From the human T2T-CHM13v2.0 reference genome, Homo sapiens, in assembly GCF_009914755.1 (NCBI RefSeq), contig NC_060926.1: 64,000 nt of DNA. The stretch is one strand, 5' to 3'. Positions 14,205-25,930 of this stretch are shown here, one piece after another. The notes under the pieces are model-generated. The model was given only the letters and a program-made list of their open reading frames with translations. It had not been told where the DNA came from and did not search any database. The position numbers and the translations under genes were made by a program. How positions within the stretch are numbered: position 1 is the first letter of the stretch; each line of letters opens with the position of its first letter.

Positions 14205-16210
14205 TTTTCTTTATTTAATAAATATGCTAGAGTGCCTATTATGTTCCTGGCAATATGTGGTGCTAGAATAAGACAATAATAAGCATGAGATATTCTAAAA
14301 GCACATAAATGGGATCCAAACTTGTGGAGGAAGATCAAAGAAGGCTCCCATGAGGGAGTGACTGTTTAGCTGAGGCAGCCTGAAAGATGGATAGAGGTGA
14401 ACTGGTGAGGGATGGATTCCAGGCAGAGGGAATAATGCATGAGGAGATCGTGGGCAAAAAGGAATTAAAAGAGGCTCAAGCTGGCTGCAGTAAATAGAAT
14501 GAGGAGAGCTGGGCATTCAGCAAAGCTGCAGAGGCAGCCAGGGGCCAGATACATAGAGTCTATGACTGCTGAAGATTTCAGACTTTTATGAGCAAATGAA
14601 GCTTCTGATGTACACTTTAAGCAGAAGCATTTTGTAGTGATATATTTTAAAACATGAAGGTGATAGCTGTGAGAACAGACTGAATGGAGAGGAGAAAAGA
14701 CTAATTAGTAGGAACTGAGCTGACACATCAGGAAGAGAATATGATGGCTTATACTCAGGTGGTGGGAATAGAGAGGAAGAGAAGCTGATAGATTTTAGAT
14801 ATATTTTGGAGGTAGATAGAATCAACATTTTCACTTGGTGAGAGATGACTGACTTGGGAGATGAATGGGGCATATCAAGAGTCCTTCCATGTGGTTCTGA
14901 TATGAGGAGACAGATAATGGCATCAGCTTCTAATGTGGAAAATGCTAATGTGGAAGAATAATTTTAAGAGGGCTTAGTTTTGAACATAATTGATTTGAGA
15001 AGCTTTAGAGACATCTGAGTGGAGATATTAAGATAGGAAGTGTATGTAATTATAAAGGTTAACCATCAGAGATGAGGTGCATAAGTGGCTTGTGGTGAGT
15101 GAGAGAAATGAGCTTAATTATGAGAGAGTGTAGACAGAGGAAGCACAGAATGAGAACAGGACTAGAATGAGAACATCCTAGGCCTGAGCACAGAGTCCTG
15201 AGATAGGCATGGCCAGAGGTAAGAGGAAATCAGGAGAGTGTGTAATGACCGGTTAAAAAAGAACAAATTTCTCAAGAATGCTGTGGTCAACTGTATTAAC
15301 AAGATGGAGACTATCCAGAGCCCATTCTCTTTGGTACTGTGAAAGTTATTGATAGTTACAACAAAACAGTCTTAACAAGTTCAAAATAAGTGAATATGAT
15401 TGGTAGGAAGTGGAGACAAGGATACATGGTGTATTAGTCCGTTCTCATGCTGTTATGAAGAAATACTCAAGACTGGTTAATTTATCAAGGAAAGAGGTTT
15501 AATTGACTCACAGTTCTGCAGGGCTGGGGAGGCCTCAGGAAACTTACAGTTATGACAGAAGGAGAAGCAAACACGTCCTTCTTCACTTGGCAGCAGAAAG
15601 GAGAAGAATGAGAGCCAAGCGAAGTGGGGAGCCCCTTATAAAACCATCAGATCTCATGAGAACTCACTCACTATCATGAGAACAGGATTGGGGATACTAC
15701 CCCCATGATTCAATTATCTCCACTTGGTACCTCCCACAACACAGGGGATTATGGGAACTGCAATTCAAGATGAGATTTGGGTGGGGACACAGCCGAACCA
15801 TATTACACAGAAATTCTTTGAGGTATGATTCACGCTGAAATAGAGCCACGATATTAAGAGATAGCTGGAGGCGGTTATAGGATTCAAGGAAAGCATTTTT
15901 AACATGAGAGATGGAAAGCATATTTGATATCTAACTGGAAGGATTCAAGAGTTGGCGGTGGGAGATAGAAGGAATAATAGCTGAGTGAGGTCCCTGAGAG
16001 GGTGATAGAGAGCACTGGCCTTCGGTGGGAGGAGAGAAACTTCAAAGGCACAAGAAGAGATGGAGTAGAGGGTGGATGCAGCTTTGTAGATGTGGTGGAG
16101 GGAATTTAAGGGAGCTCCCATCTGTGATTTCTATCCATTTTATGAAGAATGAGCAAAGTAATCTGACAAGGTAAGAAGAGACAGGAGCAAGTAGGTTTGG
16201 AGAATCGAGG
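14205..16210 (-). mobile_element. L2 LINE 3' region, interrupted by THE1
   Basis: L2 3' end signature 'tttaataaatatgctagagtgcctattatgttcctggc', 'attccaggcagagggaataatgcat', 'gattttagatatattttggaggtaga'; purine-rich throughout. Confidence 0.85.
15430..15805 (-). mobile_element. THE1C/D MaLR solo LTR
   Basis: 'tgtattagtccgttctcatgctg...gagatttgggtggggacacagccgaaccatatta'; flanks catgg / cacag. Confidence 0.95.
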
Positions 16211-16842
16211 AAAATGGAGAATGTAGGAACAATTGTTTCCTAATACTTCATAGGTCAGATTTCTCCAGAGAGCAATTTTATCTACATTTTGCTTCCTCAA
16301 TTTTTAAAAAGTTTAATTTAATTTATACTACTTCTAGAAACAAACATTCTTTAAACTTGAGGGAAAATATAATGACTATTTAGAAAGTAGTTTTAGTTTT
16401 ATACTATGGCCAGAAATCCAAAGGGATATTTTTCATTTTCACATTTATAAATAAATATTTCTTTCCAGGATTTTACCTAAATTTCTACTTATCTATCAGT
16501 CTATCAATCAATCAGTCATCTATCCTTTCATCCATTATAGCTTGTTTGTATTTAAATAAACTAGAAGCAACTTTGAAAATAATTAAAACATAATTTAGTG
16601 TAAAATAAAAATTTTCTATAATCAATCAATGAGATTCCTGAAGATATTTTTTCCCTTAATATTGAAGATTGGTAAAAACACTATATGATTCTGTCCTTTC
16701 CTTTTAAAATTGCCATCAAAGTCTTAAAGCCTGTCTTGATTACTTTTTTAATTTGGGGGGGCTAAAATCATATTGTTGATTGATAATGTAAGCTTAAGAT
16801 TTCAGCATTTTGATCTCCTCAAAAAATTAAAATGATATTTTT

Positions 16843-17148
16843 GGTCCAGACATGGCAGCTCACACTCATAATCTCAGCACTTTGGCAGACCAAGGCAGGA
16901 GGATCACTTGAGCTCGGAAGTTCTAAACCATGCTGGGACATAGAGTGAGATTTTCTCTCTATGTAAACAAACAAACAAAAAAATTTTTTTAGCCAGGTAG
17001 GGTGGGCTGTAGTCTCAGCTACTCAAGAGGCTGAGGTAGAAGGGTTGTTTGAGGAGACTGAGGCTGCAGTGCGCTATCATTGCACCACTGCACTCCAGCC
17101 TGGGTGATAGTGAAAGTCTGTATCTAAATAAATAAATAAAAACAAAAC
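16843..17148 (+). mobile_element. AluJ (old, diverged)
   Basis: Dimeric Alu with 'ggaggatcacttgagc', an A-rich linker and a (TAAA)n tail. Confidence 0.92.
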
Positions 17149-18979
17149 AGGACTTTATTTTCCCAGGGACTATCCCTCATCACTGCCAAGTTTGGGGACA
17201 TTAGGGACCCTGTGCTTACTTGCAAAAGAATTTTTTCTCTGTCCTCCAGGGAAACTTTTTTTTTTTTTAATGACATTAATTTTTTCATTTATTCCTGACA
17301 AAACAATGTGAGAAAATAAAACAACATTTGTCACTAGGATTGGCTGGGTGTCCTTTTTAATTAACTGGATTAAAAAGATAATCATCTGTAATTGTAGAGA
17401 ATGATAAAAATGCTGAAGACCCTTTGAAGTCCTTCATTCGTTAAATGTTCTTATTACCAGTACCCACTAACATGCCCTCGCTGACAGTTCACAAGGATTG
17501 CAAGCTCTTTATATCTACTGAATTACAGAGCTAAGCTACACCTTATATGAGATCCAGTTCAATTCTCTCCATCTTTCTTAATGGGAAAGCTGGGGATTAA
17601 AAAGGGATATGACTTACTAGAAGTCATGGGGTGGATTTTGGTCTCACAGGTATATCTCAAGCCTGGCACATAGTAATTACTCAGTAAATAATTTTGAACT
17701 ATCTGCCACCAAAATTCACATCTCCTGTCATCCAGATGCTGTGAGGATGATCAGGAATCCCTGGATCTTCATGTCTGTGCATTATGATGACCTCCTTTGG
17801 TATGTATGGTAAGATGCGCAGGAATGTCCACATTACAGCTGCAGTCAGGGAGAATTTTTTTGACTGGTTTTATCATGAACATTAAAAAGCCATGTTGGAC
17901 AAAAAAGTCTGAAGGCAGAGGATAAAGTCTTAATATTAGAATTCTTGCTTTTTCTGAAAGCTTGCCAAAAATGGTAATACTTCTCTTCAAAATGAATATT
18001 CAAGGAGTGAATGGCCACAGACACAGGCTAACAGATTCTCCTGACCTCTTTTGACCCCCACAATGCAGGCATTTTGACTGTAATTTCAGTGCCTTTCAAA
18101 AGAATATGCAGTATCTAAAGTCTCTTTTGAAAGGATTATGTGGTACTAATGATTAGCCAAACTTCAATTCATACTTATTTAAAAACAATGCATGCAGAAG
18201 CAGAGGATTACCTCGAGGCAAAATGATCATGATTTTGGTTGTTTCTATGTTGAAATTAGACAAAACGTAATTAAGTAAGATTTGGAAACTAAGCAGAAGT
18301 CAAAGAGGGACTTTTAAAAGCTGTTCTAGGAGGTAGGTCATTTTTTGTTGCAAGAAATTAAATTCCACGGTTTGAGTGAAAGCTTTCAGATTTGCTTCCA
18401 TGATGCGGAAATGAAAACATTTTACACAGGCTGCATCTAAATGTGGATGAGTCACCAATCCATATCTGGCCTTCACCCATGTTTGTGTCAAGCTGACACA
18501 CCGAAATAAATCCCAGCTGGTCTCCATCTCCTCTCTGAGTTTTTTTTTTTTTTTCCCTTTCAGTTTTTGCTTGAAAGCATTCCTTGGGGCTGGGCATAAG
18601 ACAAAGGGCTATGGTGGAGCTTCTGCCCCTCTCTTAATTCAAATTCATAGCAGAGGTGACTGAGGATATCAAATATTGAATAATTAATAAAGACAGGTCT
18701 TCATTCAACTCCCGGTTATCAAATCCACTTATAATAGAACACTTCTCTGGACGTTATATCCTACCCTTCCTGACTCATCTGGGAAAATCTGTGTTGGGAT
18801 TTAGCTGTATGAACTATACCTGGCAACTCAACCTCTTTTTATGCTATTTCCCCCTTCTCACCCCACCCCCTCCCTTCTATATCTCACTCTCCAGAACTAC
18901 ATAACTTAAGAGGACTTTCTTAAGTAGACTTGCCCTTGGTACTTGCATTCACACTAAAGGATATAAAGCCATATTTCTT

Positions 18980-19100
18980 ACACTGTAGTCCTTGGACCAC
19001 TTGCATTAGATTCAGCTGGATTTCTGCACCTCAACTCATGCTCACCTACTGAATCAAGAGGTGAGACCCAGAGACTTTAATTTGTGAAAGCAAGTTATGT
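18980..19100. mobile_element. MER5-type hAT DNA transposon fragment
   Basis: 'tgtagtccttggaccacttgcattaga...acctactgaatcaag'. Confidence 0.55.
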
Positions 19101-19423
19101 AGCTATATGCATGGTTTTATACTTGTATAAAGTACTTGCTGTCTAGTGAATTTAAATCTGAGAATAAAGATTTAAGCTGAAGAAATATAATGTCTGCCAG
19201 AGGGCAGAGGGGCAATTTGTCAGAGAACATCAAGGTATCCTAAATCATACAATATTACCGTAATTGAAATATCCATGCTCCAAGTAGATGTGTTCAAGAT
19301 TCCAAACACTGCTAGGGAGGAGAGCACAGAGTCTTCAGCTTTGTCCTGGGTGTTCCAGGGAGCACTCTTATTTTCCTAACTTTTCCTGTATTGGTACCTT
19401 TGATGCCACAGTATGTATCTTGT

Positions 19424-19850
19424 TGCTATAGTTTGGACGTTTGTCCCTTCCAAATATCATTTGAAATTTGGTCCCCAAATTTGAAGGTAGGGCTTCATGG
19501 GAGTTGTTTGGATCATGGCGGCAAATCCCTCATGAATAGATTAATGACCTCCCTTGAAGGGGGTGAGTAAGTTCTCACTCTGGGTTCCTATGAGAGCTGC
19601 TTGTTATAAAGGGCAGAGTACCTCCCTCTCCTCTCTCTTGCTTCCTCCCCCACCATGTGATCTCTGTGCATGCTGGCTCCTGTTCACCTCCCACTATGAG
19701 TGCAAGCAGGTTGATGACCTCACCAGAAGTAGATGCTGGCACTATTCTTCTTGTATAGGCTGTAGAACCATAAGGCAAATAAGCCTCCTTTCTTTATAAA
19801 TTACCAGCCTCAGGTATTCCTTTATAGTAACACAGATATGGACTAAGACA
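19424..19850 (+). mobile_element. MST (MSTB/C-type) MaLR solo LTR
   Basis: 'tgctatagtttgga...tttataaattaccagcctcaggtattcctttatag...gactaagaca'; perfect 5-bp TSD CTTGT. Confidence 0.92.
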
Positions 19851-20196
19851 CTTGTTCTGGAATTGCACAGCATAAGGAATGAGTCATGCTTACGTTTGCT
19901 TCTTCTTATTACCTGTGGTGACCAACCACAGTGCTCCCTTACCAGGTGACCTTTGGCCTAACTCCAAGAGCTCCCCTTAATGGCAGATCTTATCAGTTGC
20001 TGCTCACCCTTCCCTCTCCATTTTCTGTCATTTGTCGCTGACGTTCTGCCCCCTCTCAGTCAGACTGTTAACAGAGGATGTCCAACCAAACAGTGGCCCT
20101 TCTGCAGGAATTTAGATTCAAGATGAGGAAACGCCAAGAAATCGGAGAACTCTGTCTTTAGGTGGGTGACTGGAATGGCAAAATAAAAACCAAGGG

Positions 20197-20568
20197 TGTT
20201 TTAGTTCATTCAAGCTGCTATAAAAAGATATCATGGACTGGGTAGTTTATGAACAACAGAAATATATTTGCAAGCGGCCTATAAGCTGTAAGTCTGAGAT
20301 CAGGGTGCTAGCATGATTGGTTCTGGTGAGGACCCTCTTCTAGGTTACAAACTGCCATGCCATCTTCTTGTTGTAATTCTTACATGATGGAAAGAGGACA
20401 AGAGAGTTCTTTTGTGTGCCTTAATAATTAGAGCACTAATTAAATTTGTGAGGGCTCAAGCTCATGACCTAATTACCTCCCAAAGGCCCCGTTTGTTAAT
20501 ATCATCACATTAGGCATTAGGACTTCAACATAAATTTTGGGGTAACATAAACATTCAGGTCATCATAC
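20197..20568 (-). mobile_element. MLT1A-type MaLR LTR
   Basis: 'tgttttagttcattcaagctgctataa', 'ggttctggtgagg', 'tcatgacctaattacctcccaaaggcccc', 'aacattcag'. Confidence 0.88.
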
Positions 20569-21324
20569 CAGGGTATTCACATTTTATACCACATAGGCTG
20601 AACAATAAAGAAAACCAGTTTTTCTTTTCCTTTTTCTTTGTAGGTTGAATAACATTGAAGAGCAGAATAGGATGCATCTACCTAACTTTACAGACATTGG
20701 AACCTGGATCTTGGATTTCTCATATTCAAGTGGCTGTTGCTAAATATATTGATGGGGATAGGATATAAAATGGCCATAACACAAAATAGTGGTACTAAGC
20801 TTTCTAAAGTTGGAGAAGGTTGCTTTCCTCTGTATATACAACTTCTTGATCTATGAATCCAACCAAAAATTGGTTGCTGCTATTACAGAAATCTGTCCAC
20901 ATTTGTATGTTTCAGTTTGGATATGCTCAGCTGTAAATAACGTAATACTTAATTAAAAGTAAGGGTGAATTCATCTGACATAATAATAAATATAAGGAGA
21001 AAACATTAGAGGATTGATATACCAGCTCAACAGTGTCATCTGCACCCAGATTCTCATAGTCCCTTTGTTTTTCCATCTTCATCATGTAGAGGCTGTCTCC
21101 CATCCCAAGTGTAAAATGACCACCATTGCCCCAAGCATCCTACTCTCAGAGTACAGCACTCCAAGCAAGGAAAAAGGAGCTGTGAGCAAAGGGGCTTCCT
21201 CATCTTGCTGTTCCTTACCATTTGTTTATTTTTTGGTGGGCAAGGAAAATATTTCTCCCATGTCCTTCTATATTCTTCTGGGTAGAACCAAGTTAAATGC
21301 TGGTGTGTGCGTGTGTGTGTGTGT

Positions 21325-21882
21325 GTAATTTTTTGTATATTATTATGTTTTAAAATCTTAAAAACCTTTCTGGCTGAAGAGACTGCCCCTCCTGGGTCTA
21401 GAGGATTCTTGGAGATGCTGAAGGGCTCTGCTGAGGACATGTCTTTAATGTGCAAACTAACCAATCCAGAGTCATATCTCCTCTGTTGGGCCCACATACC
21501 TCAGAAATACACCCAGGAGGCAATATTCTTCTGCCTTAATCATCCCAGGGCCAGGTTTCAGGCAACTAGACCACTTTTCTAGCTTAGAGCCAACAGAACT
21601 TATTCAAACTAGCCAATCCTACATGATTTACTTTGCCCTGTCTTGTTTTTCCCTTTAAAGACCTTGGCCTAAGTTCTTTCCTAGCTCCTGTCTTCTGCCA
21701 CCTGACCAAAACCTGGCACTTCCCATATGGCCCCAGTGGCATGTGGCAACCCCCTCTCTAGGACCTGTGAGTATAATAAACTTTGCTTTCTTATGCTTCT
21801 CCCGTGTCTCCTTGGCCTTATCTGACTGACCATCACATAAAAGAACAGAACAAATGCCCACCCGCAGGTTAATCACTGGCAA
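21325..21882 (+). mobile_element. MER74-like ERVL LTR, apparently nested in an older MLT1 remnant (about 20900-22030)
   Basis: 'gagactgcccctcctggg', 'ttattcaaactagccaatccta', 'gacctgtgagtataataaact'. Confidence 0.7.
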
Positions 21883-22209
21883 TAAGAAATGGAGTCAGCA
21901 AGGCTGATGTAGACAAATTCTGGTTCAACGCTGAGGCTTAAAACATTAACACCCAAATAAAACTAGAGTCTCCCATTAGCTAACAAGGATGAAAGTGGGC
22001 TTGGTTAAACAGGCAACCCACATTGTCTATCGGCACACATTTCTAAATGTACTGCATTTTATCAATTTTACCATACGTATGTTTTTCACATTTTGATATC
22101 TCTAAAGTTGGAGAGCATCTTGCATACACCATTGGCCATTTTTTATGCAATTGATATCTTGCAAATCAGTTTATCTTACCGTTGATGATTCCTTAGATTG
22201 AATGAAATA

Positions 22210-22685
22210 TACAATTGCACTCTGCTTGATTGTCTGTCACCCACTCAACATTGTCTGTATTCCGTGCCACACTTGTCTCTATATTTTGGGGGAAAAGCTT
22301 GGAAACTGCATTTTCTATAATCTATCGCCAGCAGATTTCATGTTAAATTCTGCCAGGGAAAGATACTCTTTGATATTTGGTAAGAAAAGAGAAGTCATTA
22401 TTCCCAGGTGTGTGGGTGATGGTAGATGGCACGCATGAAGTTTTGTTTGATGTTTTCAAAAGAGATCCTTTTGAGAATCACCTAATTTTGTGCTGAAGGG
22501 AGCTGAAATCATTGATGGTGGCATCCTTAAAATTCCCATATTTTTGATTTCCTGAAAGCCAGCAGTGGCCTCCCTGATATTTCTTCCCCCATCCCTCACA
22601 AAGGTTGTCAAAGACTCCAAATTCTCTGTATTGAATCCTTTCCTAGAGTGGTCTCTGTTGTCTGGACTAAACTTTTACTGACACA
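22210..22685 (+). mobile_element. LTR33-like ERVL LTR
   Basis: 'aagcttggaaactgcatttt' and terminal 'gagtggtctctgttgtctggactaaacttttactgacaca'. Confidence 0.5.
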
Positions 22686-22819
22686 TTTTTTTTCTATCTT
22701 TTCTACAGTTTCTAATGTGTTTCTCCCTCTTTATTGGGGAAGAAACCTGAAAAATTACCTTCCTTTTTGCTAATGTGATTTGGGCGTTACTTTATCTAAG
22801 AGTAAGCTGGAATAGGCAT

Positions 22820-23150
22820 TGTGTGTAGACGCAGGGATGGCCTGCTCAGCACAATTGTATGAGTGTAGATGTATGTGGGTGCTGGGTCAACTGTTGAGCT
22901 CAGGTGAGCCCAGCATTTGAGTCATCCCAACCAGATAGGTCACATACATGAAGGAAGAAACCTTTAGATCATTCCAGTTCCCAGCAATTTAAGTCATCTC
23001 CAGCATTCAGTGCTAAGGCTCCTGGCATTATAGAGCATAGGCAAGCCTTCCACCCAGGGCCCTATCTAACTTCCTAAAAAAGTGTGTGAGAATTATGAAA
23101 TGGTGTTTTTTTCCTCCACTCATTTAAAATAGTTTGTTCCACAGTAATGA
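22820..23150 (+). mobile_element. Old MLT1 (H/I/J-type) LTR 3' fragment
   Basis: 'aggctcctggcattatagagcataggcaagcc...gtgagaattatgaaatggtgtt...tagtttgtt'. Confidence 0.6.
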
Positions 23151-25179
23151 GTCATGTCAACCTGAGGATAGGATTTGAGTGTTCCTGAGTCTTCTCATCA
23201 AATATCATTTTAATATTTCCCCTTTCCATCAGGGTTAATCTTCTTTCCACAACTAGTTTGTGAGCCCTTAAGGCCATATTTTAGATTTATACTATATTTC
23301 TTTTAAGACTGAACTCACTACTGAGCACTCAGTTGGAGCTTTCCAAAATGTGCATTGGCTAACTTGCAGGGTGATGCCAGGGCTCTCCATAGGAGCAAGC
23401 ACTGACCACAGGCTCTGAGATTTTCCAAAATAATTATTTTTGTGATAGAGTACGTGGGATGCCAAATGCACAAAGGAGCCAGAAAGAACTTTTCTGAGCC
23501 AGTGTTGCATGCTTTCACCACATTTTATGATGTGTATGTGATTTGCTGGGTTCATATTCCTCTTTTTAATTGGAAAACTATTTGTCATTTCATTTGGTTA
23601 CAATAATCAATGAAAAGGAAAATTCTTGTCTCAAAGTTTGGCATTACACATTAGGTAAACTTTGTAACTTTTGAAGTTAGAGTGAGGATGAACTGGGTTC
23701 ACATACAACTGTTGTATTATTGGCAGGGCATGAATTTACCTAGGTGACTCAGAGAATGCCTTGTCACCTCTCTTATCCCTTGTCTCCTGATCTCTTATGA
23801 CCTCTCTGGATCCTATGAGTCAAGATCACTGCATGTCTTACATGCACAGCAATACTTGTTAGATGAAGTGAATTAATAAATGCAAAATGGCTGTGGAATT
23901 CAAAATGGTATGTAGATACTAAGTATTATTATAAGAATAAGTTTTTGCAATTGCACCTAACTGCTATCTCATAAGACATCTTATTAATTACATAAATAAA
24001 ATATTGCTCTAATGAAACTTTTAGAGTCTATCATGGCATATTAAAGAAGAAGGAATTATTCAAAAAAGTTTTAAATTACAATAATAATTTTCTGGGGATC
24101 CTCCTTTTTTCCTCTCATATATTTCTTAATGGCGGGCACTGTTCTCATGCTAGTGAATGTTCATGAGGTTCCGTTGTATAGTATGTGAAACAAATGCCAG
24201 GCATGTAAAAATGATTATTTCACAAACAACATCTGGCACTTTGCTGGGCTTCCAAGACAGATGCTAATGTACTAATGCCAAATTTCTCAAGTGGTCATCC
24301 TGGTGTGCAACTGCTCTCTGGCCCAAATGCCACCCCACTCCCAAATGTCACATTGATTCTCTTGCCACCTTCCTATGAATGAGAATGAAAAAGATTTCTG
24401 CAAAGAACACTGTTTTATGTCTTCATTTTATGGGAAAGGCTAACCATCTCAAGTATCTTACAGTTCGGACTTAGCGCAGTGCCTGAAATCTAATTTCATT
24501 CATTTGTTCTCTTTTTCCACTAGATATGTAAACATTGACAGCTTCTCTAGCTACCAAGATTGGGACCACAGTGGTTATATCTCTAGCTTTTGTGCATCCT
24601 TCACAGTAGGAAACAAATATATGCTTTTAAATTAATTTTTTAGCCCAATTACCATTCACTTCACTTTGAGGGAATAGATGTATGCTGAGAAAAAAAAAAA
24701 AAAACGGATACATTTGTTTTCTGAATACTAATAGAGTTCGTTGAACATTATGTTTTGTAAAATACTTGAAATCAAATTGAACTCCAAAAACTAAGTGATT
24801 TCTTCTAATTGCCATCTTGATTATGTTTGAAAAGAATAGATGGAGGATTCCAAGCAGGGATAACCTTTATTTCTTGGAGCTAATGACAACACTAAACTAT
24901 TGGACTAATAAAGAGTATAGTTAGACGACTCTCAACTTTAGTGAAAAGGGTGAGGTGACTTCAAAGTAACATTTAGCTTCTTTAAATCTGCTTCATACTA
25001 TCCCCTTTCCAAGAACTCCCATTAAGAATTTGCCAGTATGAGCTCAGAACTTGCCATGACATTTGACACCATAAAGGGATCCTGCTGGGTGTGTCATGGG
25101 AAGATGAGGCACTTTATATTTATCTAAATATAATTCATTTTCTACAGAGTAAAAAGAGGCATTTTAGAGTAACCTTTAC

Positions 25180-25930
25180 ATTTTTCTTCTATATTCTCAA
25201 ACTGCAAATCACCCTATTGTTCACGCTTTCTTTGCTCTCTGGCTCTTTTTCTTCCTTACCATGCAAGGTCTAACATTATTTCGGTGACTTTAATGGCTAC
25301 CTGATTACACCTGTGTTTCTTGACCTCTACTCCAAAGAGTTTGTCTCTGTTTAAACCACCAAAGCCACATCCTGTCATGAGCATATACAGCATATTTTGT
25401 CGTCCAGAGAAGCTTTACCTTTGATATGTTAGATGCAAGCGCCCTACTCCCTAACTGGATAACTTGTTCAATTATTTCTTATTCATTGGTGCTTTGACAT
25501 TTGGGGAACATTGACCCATTTACTTTCCCCAATTGTTAATAAATTTCAGAATTCACTTCCTTTCTTCTTAGTCTTAGATTATCTGCTCCATCAATTCAAT
25601 CCAAACTCTTACAAACATCCTTAATACCTATGATCTTTCACTTAAAAAAAAAACAGAGAGAGAGAGAGATAGCTTTGGCAGCCTTCTCAATTTTTACATC
25701 CTGACCTGGTCTATAACAATTCATGGTCTTTGCTCTAAATCATGATCTCAGTGCTGTTGGACCACACTGCTGTATGCCCATACTTTACTATCTTCTATTC
25801 TCCCTAGTGCTTGTTTTAGTCCTTGATTCTTCTTGGAATTTCTTCATCACCCACTTGTTGCATGTCTTAAAAATAGATGTCACTCTACTGGAACTGTCTT
25901 AATTCTTGCATTTACACCTATCATTTCCTG
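25180..25930 (+). mobile_element. Degenerate L2 internal fragment (endonuclease region)
   Basis: Pyrimidine-rich; 'ggtgactttaat' near 25283 encodes GDFN, the APE endonuclease motif. Confidence 0.4.

Noticed and set aside
21014-21882. Cluster of overlapping 75-147 aa ORFs
   Set aside because: They span LTR remnants and a (TG)n tract, with no homology or coding signal.
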